From Stellaceae bacterium (GTDB lineage Bacteria > Pseudomonadota > Alphaproteobacteria > ATCC43930 > CGMCC-115725): a DNA stretch of 44,954 nt. The notes under the pieces were generated by a model. The model was not told the DNA's origin, searched no databases, and worked only from the letters and a program-made list of their open reading frames with translations. The DNA lies in contig DATHCK010000193.1 in assembly GCA_035319545.1 (NCBI GenBank), positions 1 to 44,954 of the forward strand, written 5' to 3'. The position numbers and the translations under genes were made by a program. Shown in pieces: positions 43,775 to 44,954 of this stretch; within the stretch, counting starts at the first letter, position 1, and each line of letters opens with the position of its first letter.

Positions 43775-44658
43775 CCGCCGTCACCGCAAATACCGCCTCG
43801 CCGCCGCAGCCGAATTACAAGCGCCGCAAGGTGCTGGGCGAGGCGGCGGCGCTGGGAGTGGCGCTCATTCTCATCATTTGGACCCTGGCGCCGATCTACA
43901 ACATCGTGATGGTGGCGCTGTCGTCGCATAACGACGTTTTCAGCGACAGGCTGTGGCCCGCGGACCCGTCCGCTGACAGCTTCTGGATCGTCCTGACCCA
44001 GGGCTACTGGTACCTCGAGTATTTCTGGCACCAATACGCCAACAGCATCTATATCGGCTTCTGGACGGTTTTCCTGACGCTGTTTATCGGCTCGATGGTC
44101 AGCTATTCGATCGGCCGGATGCGCATCCGCCACGGCTGGCTCCTGACCAATGCCGCGCTGATGACCTACCTCGTGCCGGCGTCGTTTCTGGCGATCCCGT
44201 TCTACCGGATCATGCAGAGCTATGGTCTCGGCAACAATGTCTGGTCGATCATCGCGGTCGAGGTGACGTTCGCGACGCCCTACGCGATCTTTATCTTCCA
44301 GCAATACGGTCGCAGCATCCCGTTCGAGCTCGACGAGGCCGCGCGGATCGACGGCGCCTCGCCGATCCAGGTGTATTTCCGCATCTATCTGCCGCTGATG
44401 GCGCCAGCGCTGGTCGCGGTCGGCACCTATGCGCTGCTGCTCGCGTGGAACGAGTATCTCTACCAGTTCCTCTTGCTGTCGAACAAACGCAGCATGACCG
44501 TGCCGGTGGCGCTGGCGCAGTTTCTCAACAGCGACGAATCGCCGTGGAACTACATGATGGCGACGGCAATCGTTTACGCGATCCCGCCGGTCGTCATCTA
44601 TTACCTGTTCCGCGGCCGGATGACCGCCGGGCTCACCATGGGCGGGGTCAAAGGCTAA
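43771..44658 (+). CDS. ABC transporter permease (MalG-type), system B
   Basis: EAA loop ELDEAARIDGASPIQVYFRIYLPL. Paralog of 38823..39728. ATGA overlap with the upstream gene. Confidence 0.85.
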   Translation: MTAVTANTASPPQPNYKRRKVLGEAAALGVALILIIWTLAPIYNIVMVALSSHNDVFSDRLWPADPSADSFWIVLTQGYWYLEYFWHQYANSIYIGFWTVFLTLFIGSMVSYSIGRMRIRHGWLLTNAALMTYLVPASFLAIPFYRIMQSYGLGNNVWSIIAVEVTFATPYAIFIFQQYGRSIPFELDEAARIDGASPIQVYFRIYLPLMAPALVAVGTYALLLAWNEYLYQFLLLSNKRSMTVPVALAQFLNSDESPWNYMMATAIVYAIPPVVIYYLFRGRMTAGLTMGGVKG

Positions 44659-44671
44659 ACACCGCGGATAC

Positions 44672-44954
44672 CTAGCGTCCGGGTTCGCGTCGCGCGGCGA
44701 GCTGCAGCTCGCCGCGGCCGAACCCGTGGGAAATCGCGATACGGATCAGATCGGCCATGCGCGGAGCCGCGAGCTTGGCCTTGAGTTGGGTGCATTGGTT
44801 GGCCACGGTCTTGTAGCTGACCCCGATCGCCTCGGCGATTTCCGTGAGGCTGCCGCCGTCGGCGAGCAGCCGCAAAATCTCGATCTCGCGCGACGACAGC
44901 TGGCTTAGCGGGTGCGAGCTCCGACGGACATTGCCCAGCGCGAGCTCCTGCGCC
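44672..44954 (-). CDS. LuxR/FixJ-family transcriptional regulator, C-terminal HTH part (N-terminus beyond the right edge)
   Basis: The minus strand reads ...LSQLSSREIEILRLLADGGSLTEIAEAIGVSYKTVANQCTQLKAKL, a LuxR-type HTH. The frame is open to the window edge. Confidence 0.8.
   Translation of the reverse strand, partial: AQELALGNVRRSSHPLSQLSSREIEILRLLADGGSLTEIAEAIGVSYKTVANQCTQLKAKLAAPRMADLIRIAISHGFGRGELQLAARREPGR

Noticed and set aside
1-44954. Scan for tRNA/rRNA/tmRNA signatures (GGTTCGAATCC-type T-loops), CRISPR-like direct repeats, and IS, transposase, integrase or phage genes.
   Set aside because: None seen by eye. The only repeats found are the short palindromic intergenic elements listed above. 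A covariance-model scan (tRNAscan-SE/Infernal) would be needed to exclude small RNAs.

Overview
GC-rich (roughly two thirds G+C by eye) chromosomal segment with Rhizobiales-type alphaproteobacterial gene order. The left quarter is conserved core. It holds leuB-leuD-leuC, the rplS-trmD-rimM-rpsP-ffh ribosome/SRP block on the minus strand, and dapF-mtaB-ftsY on the plus strand. The rest is accessory-looking metabolic, envelope and transport content. This includes a NUDIX gene followed by two tandem TPR/GT41 (OGT-like) glycosyltransferases, and a Nu-class GST divergent from a GT4 / PIG-L deacetylase / LLM oxidoreductase operon. Next come an LLM-SDR-prolyl oligopeptidase operon and a small secreted-protein cluster (DUF992, Gly/Tyr/His-rich peptide, LTXXQ lipoprotein). 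Further right are a third LLM enzyme, two tandem HdeD-family membrane proteins, a D-aminoacylase-type amidohydrolase, a ZIP-type transporter carrying a cyclic-nucleotide-binding domain, a lower-GC islet of tiny ORFs, and an MFS transporter. The window ends with a DsbA/FrnE-like gene, two paralogous mirror-arranged ABC importers without ATPase genes, and a truncated LuxR-type regulator. I found no rRNA, tRNA, CRISPR, transposase or integrase. The most notable observation is the DsbA/FrnE-like gene, whose reading frame carries TGA exactly where the first Cys of CPWC should be, making it a candidate selenoprotein. Other items worth a second look are the cNMP-domain ZIP chimera, the NUDIX + double OGT operon, the MshA/MshB-like GT4 + LmbE pair, a family of GTCATTCCGG...CCGGAATGAC palindromic elements (one supplies the rimM start codon), and nested-hairpin elements bounded by GATCAAG/CTTGATC. 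All functional calls come from reading the translations by eye. No database search was run.
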